NCBI GenBank assembly: GCA_001643675.2
Contig: LSRY02000032.1
Span: 248,001-312,000, forward strand
Origin: Monocercomonoides exilis PA203
Lineage: Eukaryota > Protista > Preaxostyla
Direction: 5' to 3'
Length of the DNA: 64,000 nucleotides
Shown in pieces: positions 1-14,667 of the stretch (position 1 is its first letter; the number at the start of each line of letters is the position of its first letter). The translations under genes were made by a program, and so were the position numbers. The notes below the pieces were generated by a model. That model ran no database searches, was not told the DNA's origin, and saw only the letters and a program-made list of their open reading frames with translations.

Positions 1-3000
1 TTTGTGATTACAGATGGAATATTTCAGAACTGCTCCGTTGATGCAGACAGCGCAAGTGGTGGAGGGGTGTGCATCCGTTTGAAAGAACAATGTGAATTTG
101 TGGTGAATGGTTCAGCAGCATTTGAAACATGTTGTGCTCCTGATGCAGATGTGCAAAGCGGGAAAGGCGGAGGATTGATGATGTGTGTTGAAGAATTCGA
201 TGCAACGTTTGAAGTTGCGGGCGGTGTATGCTTTTCCAATGAGAGGCCAAACAGAGCAGCATCTGGCAAAGATATGTTTGTGCAGTGTGGAAGAGAGATA
301 TCGCTCCATAAAATTGTCAGCAAAAACATATTAGGATTTGTTGATGAATTGCAGTGCTTCGAGGATCCATCCAGACTGTGTGGATCAGAAAATGCAAGTG
401 AAAATCCCATTATCCCACTTGATATCTTTATCTGTCCGTTAACAAGTACAATACATGCAGATGGAGAAAAGGGCACTGATCATCCCCATTGTGGAGCACA
501 TGCGTTTGCTTGCTCAACAATCTCATATTGTGTTGCAAACAGAATCTCTCCTCTTTTGAGCACTGTCTTGATTGAAACGAGTTCGTCAATTGGTAATGAG
601 ATGGAGATTGCTTCATGCTCATTCACTCTGTCTTCTTCCTCAACTGAACAAAAGAATATCATAGTGGCAGACGAAGGTGAATGTCTCTCAAATGTACTTG
701 TGTCATCCACTGTTGGCTGGTCAGTCTTGCAAATTTACTTTTCCCTTCCAACGACGATGAAGGCAGAACGGAAAGGATTCATCAGCTCATCGAGCTCGCT
801 TTTGATTGAGGATTGTGAAATTGCATTCACGGACAATCCGCAACATCCAATTTCCTTTTTCATTCTTTTCATTTCAGATGGCATCACAAGACTTAACAGA
901 TTCAAAATGATCACAAAACTGAAGTTTGGCTCTTCAACACCAATAGTGATGCAAAATGGCCATACGTTTGTGGTTAACAGCAGCACTGTTTCAGGAATTT
1001 CACGGATCGACGGAGATGGAGGGTGCATTAGAATTGAGGAACAAAGTGATAGCAACAGCGCTGTGCAATTGTTAAACAGCTCATTTTCTTCTTGTTGCAC
1101 TCGAGAGAGCCACCCTAAAGGCGGAGGGATGTACGTTTGGCTGGAAAGCAGCAGAGAGTTGACAATGTCAGACGTAGAGTTCAACAAGTGTTCAGCAACA
1201 AAAAATGGAGAAGAAGAGACTGAAGAGAATGGATTGGGCGGCGGAATTTTTATTGAAGAAGGGAACTATCTCATGCAATTTGAACTTCAGAATATGATTT
1301 TTGACGGATGCAACGCTTGGAAAGGCAAGAGAGTGTTTATTGCAGGAACAATGCTTGATGTTGTGGTTGATAGCATCCATTTCAATTGGAGCATGAGTAA
1401 GACTGAGATGGAGGAATTGGATGAACTGAATGGTTGGGAAAGAGCAACATCCAACGAGAAATACATAATCCCTCTTGTTGTGTATTTCTGGACCAACTTT
1501 TCTGGTAACGGATTCGTTAACGGTGCATCAGGAGCTGATTTCAGTGGATGCGGATTTGATGTTGCACCCTGTAAAACAATTGACAAAATCATAAAATTGC
1601 GATTCTCACAGGAGAAGATATCATCTCAATTAAATATCACTGTATCTTCCAACTCATCAATCTCATCATTCATCCAACTGATACAAAAATCATCAACATC
1701 TGATGCTTGCCTGAATGTTTCTGGAATCAATCAAAGCGATACAACTGTTTATGTGAATGATCCAGCAACTGAAAGCGTGCAGACATCACTTGTTGCATCG
1801 CGCATCCAGTTGCACCTCCACAACCTGGATTTCTCTCTTCCATGCTCCTTTGCTTATTGAGACACTTTTCTTGAGTCTGCTTCATCTTCAGCTTTCCTGA
1901 CTGTATGTCAGTGTTCTTTCCAATGTCAAATACAATCAATCTCAATGAATTTCGCAATTATGAGAATCGCTGGTGGAAATACAGAAATAGCTGATTGTCT
2001 TATAGGTTCATTGAATCTTGCAAAAGAATTTATTTCCATATCCTCTCAAGCATCAAATGTGCGCGTGAGGAACTCAACAGTACACTCATCAAATGTATCA
2101 TCAAACGGGTTCATCAATGTGCTCGAACAACACGATGAGTCCAACATCCCGATAAAAATATTGAATGGTAACAATTTGTGCATTACTGTTGCATCCTGCA
2201 ACTTCACAAATATCACCGCTTCAGGAAACAACTCAGTCATATTTTTCATGAGCTCGTTCCCTTCGATTGAATGTGTGTTAGATTCCTGTTTCTGGACAAA
2301 CTGTATTAGTGAAATCTCTGAAGAAGGAGGAGCAGCAAAAGTGTGCTTGAATTGTGCCGATTCTTCACTAAAGCTTGTATCATGCATGATAGTCCAGTGC
2401 GCTTGCTCGCGAACAAAGGGAAAAGGAGGCGGCCTGATGATTGATTGCGTACCCTCCAGCACTGTTATTCCATCGTCCGCTCAATTGATTCACTCATCTT
2501 CTCGCTTTCTTTCATCTTCGCAATCCAATGAGCATCAATCCTTCCACCTGGCGATTGTGAATGATCGCTTCATAGGAAATGACGCACTCATTGGAAAAGA
2601 TATTTTCATCAGATGCACCAATATCCGAGAACAGCTCAACGAAACTCAGTTTACGCTCGATTTCACACAATCATCTCTTCAGACAAACAATTCTATCTGT
2701 GCTTGTGAAGGATTAGGTCCAGCTATTGTGGATATAATTCCATTCATCACATTCTTCAAGGCTGGTCAAATTCATGCCAGTCTCAACGGAACAGATTCGA
2801 GTCAGTGCGGCTCTCTAACCACTATGTGCAAAACCATCTCAAATGCAGCCCTACATATTGACCCTGGAAGCTGGAATATGATTGTTGTTCATTCAAACTC
2901 GACATTCTCTAGTCGAACAACACTTTCCAATCTTAGCATTAAATCCATGTCAAAAGAGCAATGCAAGATCCTTCTGGCATCAGAAATGCAAACGATACAA

Positions 3001-5766
3001 AGCATTTTATCACTTGTGAACTTCGTTGATGACTGCTCACTCGAAAACTGCTTCATGCTCATCCAGCAGGGATTTGTGTGCAACTACGAGTCCATCCTCC
3101 AACAGATAAACGGAATATTGCTTGTATACTCTTGCACTTTCTTTGTAGAATCCAGTTCCCTTGTCCTCAACTCTTCGTTCATCACCGTTGCAAGTGGGCA
3201 ATTTGAAATCACAAAATGTTCATTCTCCTCAATCACCACAACAAAATGTTTGATAGAGTATAGAGATAGAAGCACTGCAAATTGTGTTGCAATAAACATT
3301 ACACGCATTTCCTCTGAAGATCACGTGTTTGCATTCAATGGCAGAGTTAAAACTGAGATCAAGGAATTAAATGTTCAGAATACTACCATTGGAAAAGCAC
3401 TTTTGAGTTGGCACCGCTTCGATGCAGTTGACGATGATGATAATTGCAAATTACAGAGAAGCAGATCTAATTCTTTCCTGAAGATTGCTGGTTTGTCTTT
3501 TGAAAATGTTAATCACACTGGAAATGGAGCATGTGCTGTGGAATGTCTCTTTATATCAGGCTCCATTGCGCAGCAGAACTGCTCTTTCAAAAATTGTTCA
3601 TCCAAATCACAAAAAGGAAAGCTTCATCACTTCAAAAACTGCGATGATATAATCGTTGAGTGGTGTTCATTCCAAGGTTGTGAAGTCGTGAGTGTATATG
3701 AGAATACAGCCAATGATGATGTCTTGTGCAAATGGAACGGTTCGCTTATTGATAGTTTGAATACAAACGCATTCATTAAAGATTCTTCAATCATGTATGC
3801 ACCCAGCGGAGGATTGTCAGTTTCAGGGGGTGTTATGCTAATAGAAATGGGATTGTTTTCGCAAAACTATTTACCAATCCCTGGATATGAATCTGCACGC
3901 AGGAATATCCTTTGTTCTCAATCTGGATTACTGGATGTTAAAAGCATACGTGACGAAGGAAATACAATAAATTCAGATGCACTATGGATTCTGAATGATG
4001 GATGCACACTTGGTGGAATAGCAGGGGAGAGAGAATCACCTTTCTTCATTCCCAAACTGGAATCTGCCCTGGTTGTGGGATCAGAAGCTGAGGAATACAA
4101 CAAAATCAGGTTCAAAGGATCATTGTTTCTGCCATGTGGTCTGTCTTTCGGTTTGACATACACAACAGGCGATGAGAAGCTGATTGAGAAGTATGATTTT
4201 AATGAAGACGGATTCATCTCGGAAGGAGAAGTCGAATGTGTAATTCATAGCAGTAATTTGACAACTGCACTCGCAGAGACAGAAGTTGCTGTGAGCATTC
4301 TGTTTGGAAATCCATCGTTTCCATCAAAAACCGAATCGTTCATATTGAAGAATAGAAGCGAGCCCAAGCAAAAAGAAGAAGAAAAATCTGTTGAAAGTGG
4401 AAAAGGAGTCAATTCATTGTGGATTATAATTGTTGTTTCTTGCATTGTATTTATCGTCTTGTTGTTGATAATTGTTGCTGTGACTATTAGGTGGAGAAAG
4501 CAAAAGAGAAGGACTGAAGAGCTGGAAGTGATTGTGAATGACACAGTGAAGAAGGATCCGAAGGCATTCGAGATGGTGACGATGGAGATGTCACCCGAGG
4601 AGCAGTGGCGGAGGGCTGAGAGGGAGGCAGAGAAGAAGAATGAGGAGAGGATCAAGAAGAGGGTGTATGAGACGAATATGGAGCATTCCGAGTCATCAGA
4701 GCACCTTCTGTCTGAGAGTGGCTCCACTGAATACATCTTGGGAAAAGACTCGGACAAGATCCCCGAATGGGTGCTGGAGAAGGTTGATGATGAGGAAGAG
4801 ACAAGAAAGAGATCGCCTTCACCATCCATCTCATCCACTTCAACCACAGACACTTCAGACACTGAATCCACGTTTGTTCGGGGGGAGGATCTGTGTCCAA
4901 CCACCTCATCCATGTCGAATCTGGTGGATGCTATGGCATGTTCATCGCCTCACGAAAAGTTGATTGTGGACTTGAGGGATTCGCTGTTCATGCTTCTTCA
5001 TGGAAGGAACAAGACAAAGGAGATGGCAATCGGATCCTTGAAAGAGAGGGAGATGACAGCTGCTCAGATCCTGTTCTGGGTGGCCAATCTCGCACTCCAT
5101 TCATTTGATGAAGAAAACGAATTGCCTTCTCTTACCAACCTCAGCCCTCACATTGTTCTCTTCTCAGAACACATGGTTATCTGCATTGCCCTCCACTCCG
5201 ACTGCTCCTCAGACTCAGACACTTCATCCATCTCTTCTTCCACCTCGACAATTGTCACCTCTTCCTCTGATGTTTCTGTGAAGAGCGAGAGATTCTCAAA
5301 ATCACCACCACCTTCGTCGGCCTTTGAGGATGAGGATGACTTCAAAAAAGAGTGTCTGCGGTGGAAGGCACCAGAGCTGCTGATCAACAAGAAGATGGGA
5401 GCAACAAAGAAGACAGTTGCGTTCTCGATTGGGATGATGCTGTGGGAGAGTCTGACGCTGGAGATCCCGTTTGGCGAGTATGAGGCAGTAATAGCTGGAG
5501 ACAAAATTACAAAAGGCGAAAGGCCAAAATTGGACGTTGTCCAATGTTCTGCTTTCTATATCCTTGTGAAGAATTGCGTGTCACAATCGCCGTCTGCACG
5601 CCCTTCTCTTTTTGAGCTCAAAAGAGACTTTATAACTCATTTCCCGTCTGGTGCTGCGATCCTCACAGTTACAGATGCAATTGGCTTTGAGAATGCCACA
5701 GACAATGTCGATGGAAGCGAGACGCTCATCGATTCGGAAATCAGAAGCACCCAAACAGAAACGTGA
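1..5766 (+). CDS. Large Cys-rich surface receptor (Pmp-like/beta-helix ectodomain repeats, TM, degenerate TK-like kinase C-lobe); 5'-truncated by the window; one in-frame TGA at 1858-1860 (possible pseudogene)
   Basis: ORFs 4..1860 and 1945..5766 are in the same frame and 1861-1944 is open (DTFLESASSSAFLTVCQC...). Repeated GGG[VLM]x[IL], GxD...CG....C.TI and GKD[MI]F motifs; TM WIIIVVSCIVFIVLLLIIVAVTI followed by RWRKQKRR; RWKAPELL...FSIGMMLWESLTLEIPF...RPS matches kinase subdomains VIII-XI. Paralog of 39886-48012. Confidence 0.8.
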
Positions 5767-7595
5767 AACCTATCTTTTGCGCCTAATTCATTTCATCTGA
5801 TAGAGTATTCTATCATTTAGCATATGTTATGCTTCCATTTTCTTTCTTGCCTTCAATTTTTCGTGTATTACTTGTCGTTTTCACTCATTTTCCGTTCATT
5901 TCCATCTCAGAATCTCAGCTGTTCTCAACGATAGAACTCTGCATATATCCTTGCTTTTCAATTTGATTATTGCGAGAAAAATCTTGCAATGAAGAAAAAA
6001 AATATCGATCGATTTTCAAAATGTTTATTTTTCCGATTCCTTTTTGGCGTTTGGATGTGAGCATTCGCATGCGTTCATCTAAATTTATTGGTGATATGGA
6101 GCGAGCTGCAGAAAATGAAATGCTTTTCCAAAGATAAATGAATGCGTTTTCCAATCAAGCAGCACAATCTTTTCGATTATCTCCTGCCTCTCTCATCAAA
6201 ACAGCAAATTTTTAGCAAATCCTTCTCGGATGTCTTTTCGTTTTTCATATGGTTCTTGTCGTGAACCCTGTAAATGCGCCAGTAAATCAAAGTTAACGCT
6301 TGCTCTGCAAATCGTGAGTTTTGCTCAAGTCGAAATCTGCTCTTCTGCCAGCCAGGAAAAATCGCAAAAGCAGCCCAGGCCCATGAAAATACATTATTTG
6401 CAATCTGTATTTGTTTTGATCCTCCGATTCTCCAACACTCACATGGAAAAGTGAGCCAACACGGAGGAATAGTATCTTCCCTAGCTTCATAGAATCCTTG
6501 CTCATTTCGTTCAAAATGCATTCCTCCAAGCAAAATAAATTAAGGAAATTCATCGTTGCGCATGGTGGCATGATCCTGCTTCCAAGCTCAAAAAAAGTGT
6601 CAAATATTCCGTTTATTGTTTCTTCACTTTTCCTCTCCAAAAAAATCCCTGAACGTGTTCCTAACAGATTGATAATCTTCCACTTTCAGATCTTATCCGT
6701 AGCAACGGTAACAATGAGATGCATGTTTGAGAGCGCGCGGAAGGAGCAGAACAAGTATTTAATAATACGCAGAACTGAAGTCTTTTTCAACCAAGAAAAA
6801 TCTTTCCAGAGCAATCACAATAATTTTTACTGCAACGCCTCTGATGTGAAATAAGTCTATTATTCATCTTCAAGTCACAGAGCGCAGGATTTTTCATTTT
6901 CATTCACCCAACATTACTTTTTATCTCAAAAAGTTAATTCCAAAATCTCTTCAAAAGAAAGTCAATGGAAAATAAAAAGTGAAACTTTGAAAAATTACAA
7001 ATGTGTATATATGAAAATTTGAACATTTGGACATTATTTTATTTTCTTAAATTTTTTCAATTTAAAATTAAAAATTTTGTAAATTCATGTGAGATGAACT
7101 GAATTTTTGGACTTGGAGAGAAACAAATATTTGGAATTCATATAATTTTTCCAGTTATCATCAATTATACAATTTTTTTATCCTGCACTATTCCTCAAAG
7201 TTGGAATTATTGAATGATTCGATAATATTTGGCTGATTTAAATTTGAGTTTTCGGTTTCCTTTTAATTCAATAAGTTCTTTCTTCAATTTGATACAAATT
7301 CATGTGAAAAATCACAAACAACATTTATCTTTTCTTTCAACATTTAAGTGAAAATTAGAGTAAAAATTGTCTTTTTTTAAGAAAAAAACAAAAAAAGATA
7401 TTGATTGGAGGAAAAGTTATATTTATACAACAAAGCATAATTTAAATTATTTGACACCAGTTTGAAACAAACTTGTGCCTCAAAAACAAAAAATATGCTC
7501 ACAAATTAACAAAAATAGAATTATTATTTCTTAAAATAGTTCAAAACGATCTTATTAATAAATGCAATTATCAATGTCTAATGAAATCTTCAAAA

Positions 7596-8739
7596 TTAGT
7601 AAGTTCTAACGAGTTCGTTTGTATATGAATACGACGAAGTAAAAGTGTTCCAAACGCGGTGAAATCTAAGTTGTGATTTATGGCAAAACACAGCATTTTT
7701 AACTTTTGTCAAAGAAGGGTTGCATACACGAATTTTTTTTGGAGTTAGAAACGGGAGAGAAACTTCTTTTTCGGAAGGTGTTTGCGTGTGAAGAATCGAA
7801 AAATAATCATTTCTTTGCTGAGTGGAAGTGTTGCTAAATGCAGTTTGATAATTTTTGAAAAGTGAATCAAAATGTTCGTTATATAACTGCAGCGAGGTGT
7901 TCGTGTATTGATGGAGTGGATGATCTGAAATTGCTCCCTGAAATGCACATATTGAAAACGCACCGAAAAATCCGAAAATTCTGGTGGGAATTGATTCTGT
8001 GATTAAAGCCAAATGTGATATGTATTCTAAATGTGGAACGCATGTCGTAAAAGGAAAATTAAGATGTTTGGTAAATAATTTCACGTTGTGACGTCTCACA
8101 AAATTTCGTGCAGCAGCAGATGCAGCTTTATGGTTTGGATGCCAAGATATACCGTTTTCATCAAATGATAAAATTGTTTGAAAAGGGTTTTTATCGTAAA
8201 CGTTTTTAATTGTATTTTCCACAACTAAACGAGACCAGACTTCTGATTTTCCATCTGCAAACATCAAACTGATTGACTTTTCTGATTGAGGAAAGCTATT
8301 ATATGGAATGGCATTTTTCCCTAGATACAAATTTGATTCTGGAATCTGGTTGTTGCAATAAATTGCATGTTAACACAAAAATAAATCTCATTCAAACTCC
8401 AAGAGCTAAGCAGCTATTTCTTAATTCGTTAATGCGCTGCAAGCCAAGTTGTAAATCTCTCTTTCCATTGCAATATTCTCCGGCTGTTAAAGTCAAAAGA
8501 GATACAACATGTCCTCGTTCATGTAAAAAGGTAATAATTGGAGTAAAAAAAACCGATTCATCATCCGGATGAGCAAGAACCAGCAAGACATGTTTACCAA
8601 ATTGGCTGTCAAGATACTGAACTAATAACGTATTGTTCGCTTTTCGACTGTAGTAAACTAAAGTGCTAAAGGCAAATAAAATCCACACAGCACAGCATAT
8701 GCTTTTAGCAGTAAAAGTTAATTTTTTCCCTATAAGCAT
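7596..8739 (-). CDS. PIGL: N-acetylglucosaminyl-phosphatidylinositol de-N-acetylase (PIG-L/GPI12), 2 exons
   Basis: N-terminal TM anchor, then VLLVLAHPDDESVFF, R..EL..SC..LG, and ILSFDENGISWHPNH (metal-binding HPDDE and HxxH motifs). Exons 8739-8398 and 8345-7596; the 52-nt GT...CAG intron at 8397-8346 restores the frame (LALG|IPESNLYL). Confidence 0.92.
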
Positions 8740-8837
8740 GCAATTGTACCAGAAATTTCAATTTTGACAGAAAAAATGCTGATCAATATCCAATATTAAT
8801 GCTAAAAGATCACAAAATCATTGAAAACTCAAAATCG
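8740..8837. promoter_or_regulatory. Putative 98-bp bidirectional promoter region between PIG-L and the USP gene
   Basis: Divergent ATGs at 8739 (-) and 8838 (+). The USP start is inferred from a spliced first exon. Confidence 0.55.
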
Positions 8838-11800
8838 ATGTGTACAACGGATTCAGAAGCAACAGAATCTTTTGACGGTTTAAAACATATTTTTATATTA
8901 TTTCATATCTCAAACGAATAATGTTGCTCGATTTTTAATTTTTGAAATTTATTTTAATTTTTGAATCGAATAATCACTTAATAACAAGATGATCTACTGA
9001 ATATTGCAGGTGAATCTACAAAAGAAAAAAAAGAAATTGCGATACCCGAAGATTCATATTTTCTGACATCCTACACACCGATATCTGAAACAGTTATTAG
9101 GAAACAAAATGTAAATGGAGTTTGTGGGCTTACAAACTTCGGAAATACATGTTTTCTTTCAGCTGCCGTTCAGGCGTTATCACATTGTGACCCTTTTCGA
9201 AACTATATTTTATCTGTACCATTTCCTTTCGATGAAGGAAGCGAAATACCATTTGATAAATCAAAATCCACACTGCTTCAAATGGAACTTGCGACAGGTT
9301 CAATTCCAACATTTTTTTTCCATAAAAAATCAAAGATTAAGATGAATGATTTTGAAGATATTGAACAATCAAATCCTGGAATTGCAATATTTTCTCAAAC
9401 AAATAAATATGAAACAAATAATCAGTCTCTTTCTCCTTCATGTTCAAGGCGTTCCACATCACCATCAACGCAATCAGAGGAAATGCATTCTCGATCCAGG
9501 TCATCGTCTCCTTCCCCTGTAGTCTCTCAATCAATCACATCTCAATCACATCGTTATACACCTCAAACAACGAATGCGCTTGTGTCAGTCCAGCTAAGGC
9601 TCCTTTTATTTCGAATGTGGAAAGTTAACATAGCAGCAGCGCAACGATCGTCAACTGGTGTATCTCGCGGCGTATCGGCAGCATCAGTTGTTTCGCGCAC
9701 CTCTAACAATTTAAATTTTATTCCTCCATCTGTTACGCCTGATGATCTGTATCATACAATATCATCTAAAGCAGCACAATTTGGCGGACATGAACAGTGC
9801 GATTGCCAAGAGCTGCTTACATTCATTCTCGGAGAAATGGACACAGAGCTAACTCCACATGAAGATATAAGCAATGATGAAGATGATGATGGAGACGATG
9901 AAGGAAACTTAAAGAGGTCACAGAAAAAAATGAAGAAAAGAAACAAATTACAACTTGCAGGAAAGAATCACACACAGAGCAGCAGTGTTCCTGAAGAAGC
10001 TGTCACTCCCCAACCAAAAGAGGCAACCCAGACAGCCTTTGAAGAGGCGAAAGCAGAGAAAGACAAGAAAGAGGAGAAGATGGATGAGAACGAGGCAGAA
10101 GACGACTCCAGCAGCCTCGCCTTCATTTCAGACGACGACGCAGAAGACAAGAGCGCAGGAGAAGACAAAGCAGACGAGCTGGACGAAGGCGAGGCGGAGA
10201 AAGAGACAGCAAAGCCGGCAGTTCAACGGAGGCGCCGCCGGAGGATGTTTGGAGGGCGAAGGCGGCAGGACGGAAGGCGCAAGAAAAACAGGCAGAACAA
10301 GGCGCCGAAGGAGGCGACTGCTAAGCCGAGCGCAGGACAGAGCAGTAATAGCAGCAGCAGTGGTAGTGGTAGTGGCAGTGGCAGTGGACAGGGCGTGCTG
10401 AGCGAGGCTGTTCCAGAGCTGGCGTCTTCTCCATCGGACGGCGACTCGTTCGATGCCCCAGGCTCACTCCGCAACTCACCGAGTCTTCCGCAGCGGCCGT
10501 CGTATCTGTCGCGCTCGCCTGCGCCATCGGGCTCTCCGTCAGGCTCCCGCTCACAATCGCCGAATGCATCGCCAGTTACAATGAGCCCAGTCACCCAGTC
10601 TCATTCATCAGCATCTGGCGATCTCTCACTCACGAAGTGCGAGTCGCTGCAGGCGCTGCGGGGAAGCAAGCGGCAAAGAGCGCTCATTTACCTGATGAGG
10701 GAGGAGGCGTCGCTGGCTGATGAGGATCTTTTGCTTCACAGTCCTGTTCAGACACCGCAGATGAAGACAACAAGCATGAGTTATGAAACAGCAGGCAATC
10801 AGAACAACAAGTTCGTTTCCGCACAGCAGTTTTCGCTGAATCTGCAGGCAAGCTCGATCTTTCGGACGTTGGAGGACACTAAGCCCAACCAAAACACTGC
10901 AGACAATGCAAAGGCAAAGAAAAGCGAAGCAAACTCTGAAGACCTCCAGTCTGCCTCACCAAAGAAGCTCCTTCAAGCGCTAAAGAAAGAACCCTCTCCG
11001 CAAATTCCTCTTTATCGCTTTCTGCCTTCTCCCTGCGCCACACACCCTGCCCTCACTGCACACAGCAGCTCCTTCACTCCCCCACTCAGCAACGACCCAG
11101 CCCCGCCTCCTCTTCCACTGCCTCTGCCTCCAAAGGCGAGTATGGTCGATCTGTCAGCTCCTCTCTCACAGCTCAGAGCATCACAGAAGCCCATCCCGCC
11201 ATCGGCACTCAGGCCGTCTTCGATCATCAGAGATGTGTTTTCGGGGTTTTTCACATCGTCGATCAGGTGCTTGAGATGCAACAGGGTGTGTTTATTGATT
11301 TTGGTATTGTGATTGTCTGATTTTTGCTTTTTTTTATTATTTGATTCTATCTTTCTTTTTTCCACCCTGTATTAAAAATAATCCATCTGATTTCTTTTCT
11401 TCAATTATATCTTTATAAACTCATTTCACACAATGCTCGCCATCTATCTCATCCCTTCCATCATCTCTATCCATCTTCCCATCTTCCCATTTCCACTCAA
11501 ATCCATCCAGTGCTCGCTCACAATGGATCCCTTCCACGACATCTCCCTCCCCATCCCCGAGCAGTCCATCCGCGACGAGCTTGTTCTGCGCTATCCGCAG
11601 CTCTTCCGCTCAGTCATGGCAAACTTCCGCCTCACTCACTCAAACGGAGACAGCAACTCCACTGCCCCACCGCCTGAACAGGCACTCCCACTCTCACAGA
11701 AGACGTCTCCGCCTCAGTCAACGCTGTTTCCTACGTCGCTTCTATCACGCCCCGCTAACTCACTTTCTCCTCTCCCCGACAACGCTATTTCTCCGGTTTC

Positions 11801-14577
11801 TTCTATTTCTCCGGTGGCTTCGATGCAGTCTGGTGGATCTTTTAATTCAAATGCTGCTGGTTCATCGTCATCATCATCATCATCTTTGCCTTCTTCTCTT
11901 TCTTCTTCAGGCATTTCATCTCGTTCTTCGTCTCCGTCTGTTACTCCTCTACTTCACCAGAACTCTTTGTCGCCCATTCAAAATGGTTCAGGTTCTAATT
12001 CTTCTTCCTCTTCCTCTTCATCCACTTCTTCTTCTTCTTCTTCAGCAGCAGCAGCTGTTAACCTCCCTTCTTCTCCATTGCTTGAGGAATGTCTTTGTCT
12101 CTTTTCTCTTCCAGAGGCGTTGGCTGGTGACGACACAGTGAAATGTCAGCACTGCGGAGCAAAAGGAGGAGAGAAAAGAATTGGCATCACAACACCCCCG
12201 GAGGTATTAATATCTTGATTTATTGGCATATTGATTCGTTGATTATTATGATAATGATAATGTTTTTTAATCTTTGCGTCTGCATTGAAAATCCATTTTC
12301 AATTATTGTTCTTTCTAAAAATTCTCAATATTTTCTCTTTTAATTTATTCGATTTATTATTCTCTATGTTTCACTTTCCTTTAGATTCTTCTGATTAATT
12401 TGAAGCGTCTGTCATTCAATTCGAAATCAACAAAGCGATACACAACTCAAACATCCAAAAAGATCAATACACACGTTCACTTTCCATTTATACTCGGTTT
12501 CTATTTCTTCTTCATCGTCACCTATTTCTTTTACATATATTTTAATGTTATTTCTTCATTTTTTTTTTCCCCACTTATGCTTTATTGTTCAAAATAACAT
12601 GACAATTTTTTTTATGCATCCTCATTTTCATCTTTCTTCGATCCACTTGAATCAACAATTTTATTCCCCTTCTCTCTCTCTCTCTTTCTCTCTCCTTCTC
12701 CCCATCAGATCTTTCCCCCTTCCTCACCAATTCCTCCTCTCCCCTCTCCATCTTCTCCACCCAAACAGTCTCCCCTCCCCGCCGAGCATCGCCCACACCC
12801 GGAACAATCCCCTCGTCTCAGTCTTCTCCTTCTCCTCCTTCTTCTTCTTCTTCTTCAGACACATTCAATCGGTCCCCTCACAAATACTCTCTTGTGGCTG
12901 TGATCATCCACGACGGCAACCACGAGAACGGGCACTACACAACTGTCGCATTCAACTCCAAGTGGAAGAAGTGGTTCTTCTTCAACGACCACAACGTGAC
13001 AGAGATCAAAGACCCCGCCGACGTGCTGAGCAAGCAGGCATACATTCTTTTCTACCAGCGCATCAACCCGACTCTGCCGGAGCGGCTGAGAAATATCAAG
13101 CTGCTGAAGCACATCACACACATCGACAGAGATGTACCCCAGCCGTCGCTATCGACACTGTCACTGGCGACTGCACCGCAGGCGATGAAGACGATGGCAA
13201 ATGCACTTCTGTTACAGCAACAACAACAGATAGAAAGTGGAAATGGAGTGGGAGAGTTGAGTGGAGGGAAGCGAAAAGGAGAGGAGGAAGAGGAAGAGGA
13301 GGAGGAGGGAAAAGAGGATGAGAGAGGAAAAGGGAAAGGAAATGAGAAAGAGCGAAGCGCTGGACAAAGCCTGTCGGAGCATTCTCAAATGAATCAGTCA
13401 AAAGTTATTAACTCAAAAACACAAAACAATAACAATCAAAAACTTTATGTCAATGTCAATGCTGCTTCTGCTAAGCAACCTCAGCTTTCCTCTTCACTTC
13501 AAAGGCAATCAGCAGAAATAAAGCGAGCAGATTCAGCCAGCATAAAAGACGAAAAACAGACAAAGAATTCATTTGCACCCAAATTAGAAGGAGATTCACT
13601 GCTGTTAAAAGCGCAACCATCGAATCAAACAACACTTTCTTCACAGAACAAGGTCAGTTCTTCCAATCAACTCAGTTCGCAAAGTGTTCAGTCAAAACAA
13701 GAAAGAAACAGCAAATTGAATGGGATGGAGGCTTCATCCATAAGCACGCCTCATTTGTCTGCTTTTTCTCCTTTTCACTCACCTGCAAGCAATAAACAGC
13801 ATGCGGCGAATGAAAACTTTTCGAATAGCACATTCACTTCAACTCAGCATTCACAAACAAAAACATCTTCTTCTTCTTCCATCAAATCAGAAGCATCCGA
13901 ACTATCTTCCAAAAGCGATGATCTATCAACCCAGCAAAGCTTATTCACTCCTTCCCTTGTTCTCTCCCATGACTCCATTCCTGTCGTCACTTCAGACACC
14001 ATCCAGGATGAGCACGTCACTTCACAGAAGAAATCAGACGGCTCGTCTTCTGAACCAGCGCTGCCCGCAAAGCCAGACTCGACAGAGCTGCTGTGTGTGT
14101 GTGAGCAGAAGTGCTCTTCTGATTCAGAGCAGCCGATGGAGGCAGAAGAGAACAACTTGCAGATGAAGTCAATCATACAGGCTGTGTCTCCCGCGTCTGG
14201 TGTGGCAGAGCCTTCTACGTCGAGCATTCCTTACTTGATGACAGCAGAGTGGATGAACAGGCTGAAGACGATGTCCAATCCAGGCCCGTTCAATAACTAC
14301 CCGCTGCTGTGTCCTCATGGAAGAGTTTGAATTATTTTATTTTATTTTATTTAAGAAACTTATCTTTCTTTCTTTTTTTTTTTTTTTAATTTATTAATTT
14401 CTTATTTCAAATGAAAATAAATAATCATATTTCATCATTCTTATAATATTCAGCCTCTTCCTCCTTCAAAGCGGAGTGTTGTTGTGTCTGAGGCTTTTGT
14501 GATTGAGTGTCTTCGTTCATTTGGCGGTGGGCCAATCATTCCTGTTCCCACAACTGAATGCACAATGTGCAAGGTTT

Positions 14578-14667
<90 letters not shown>

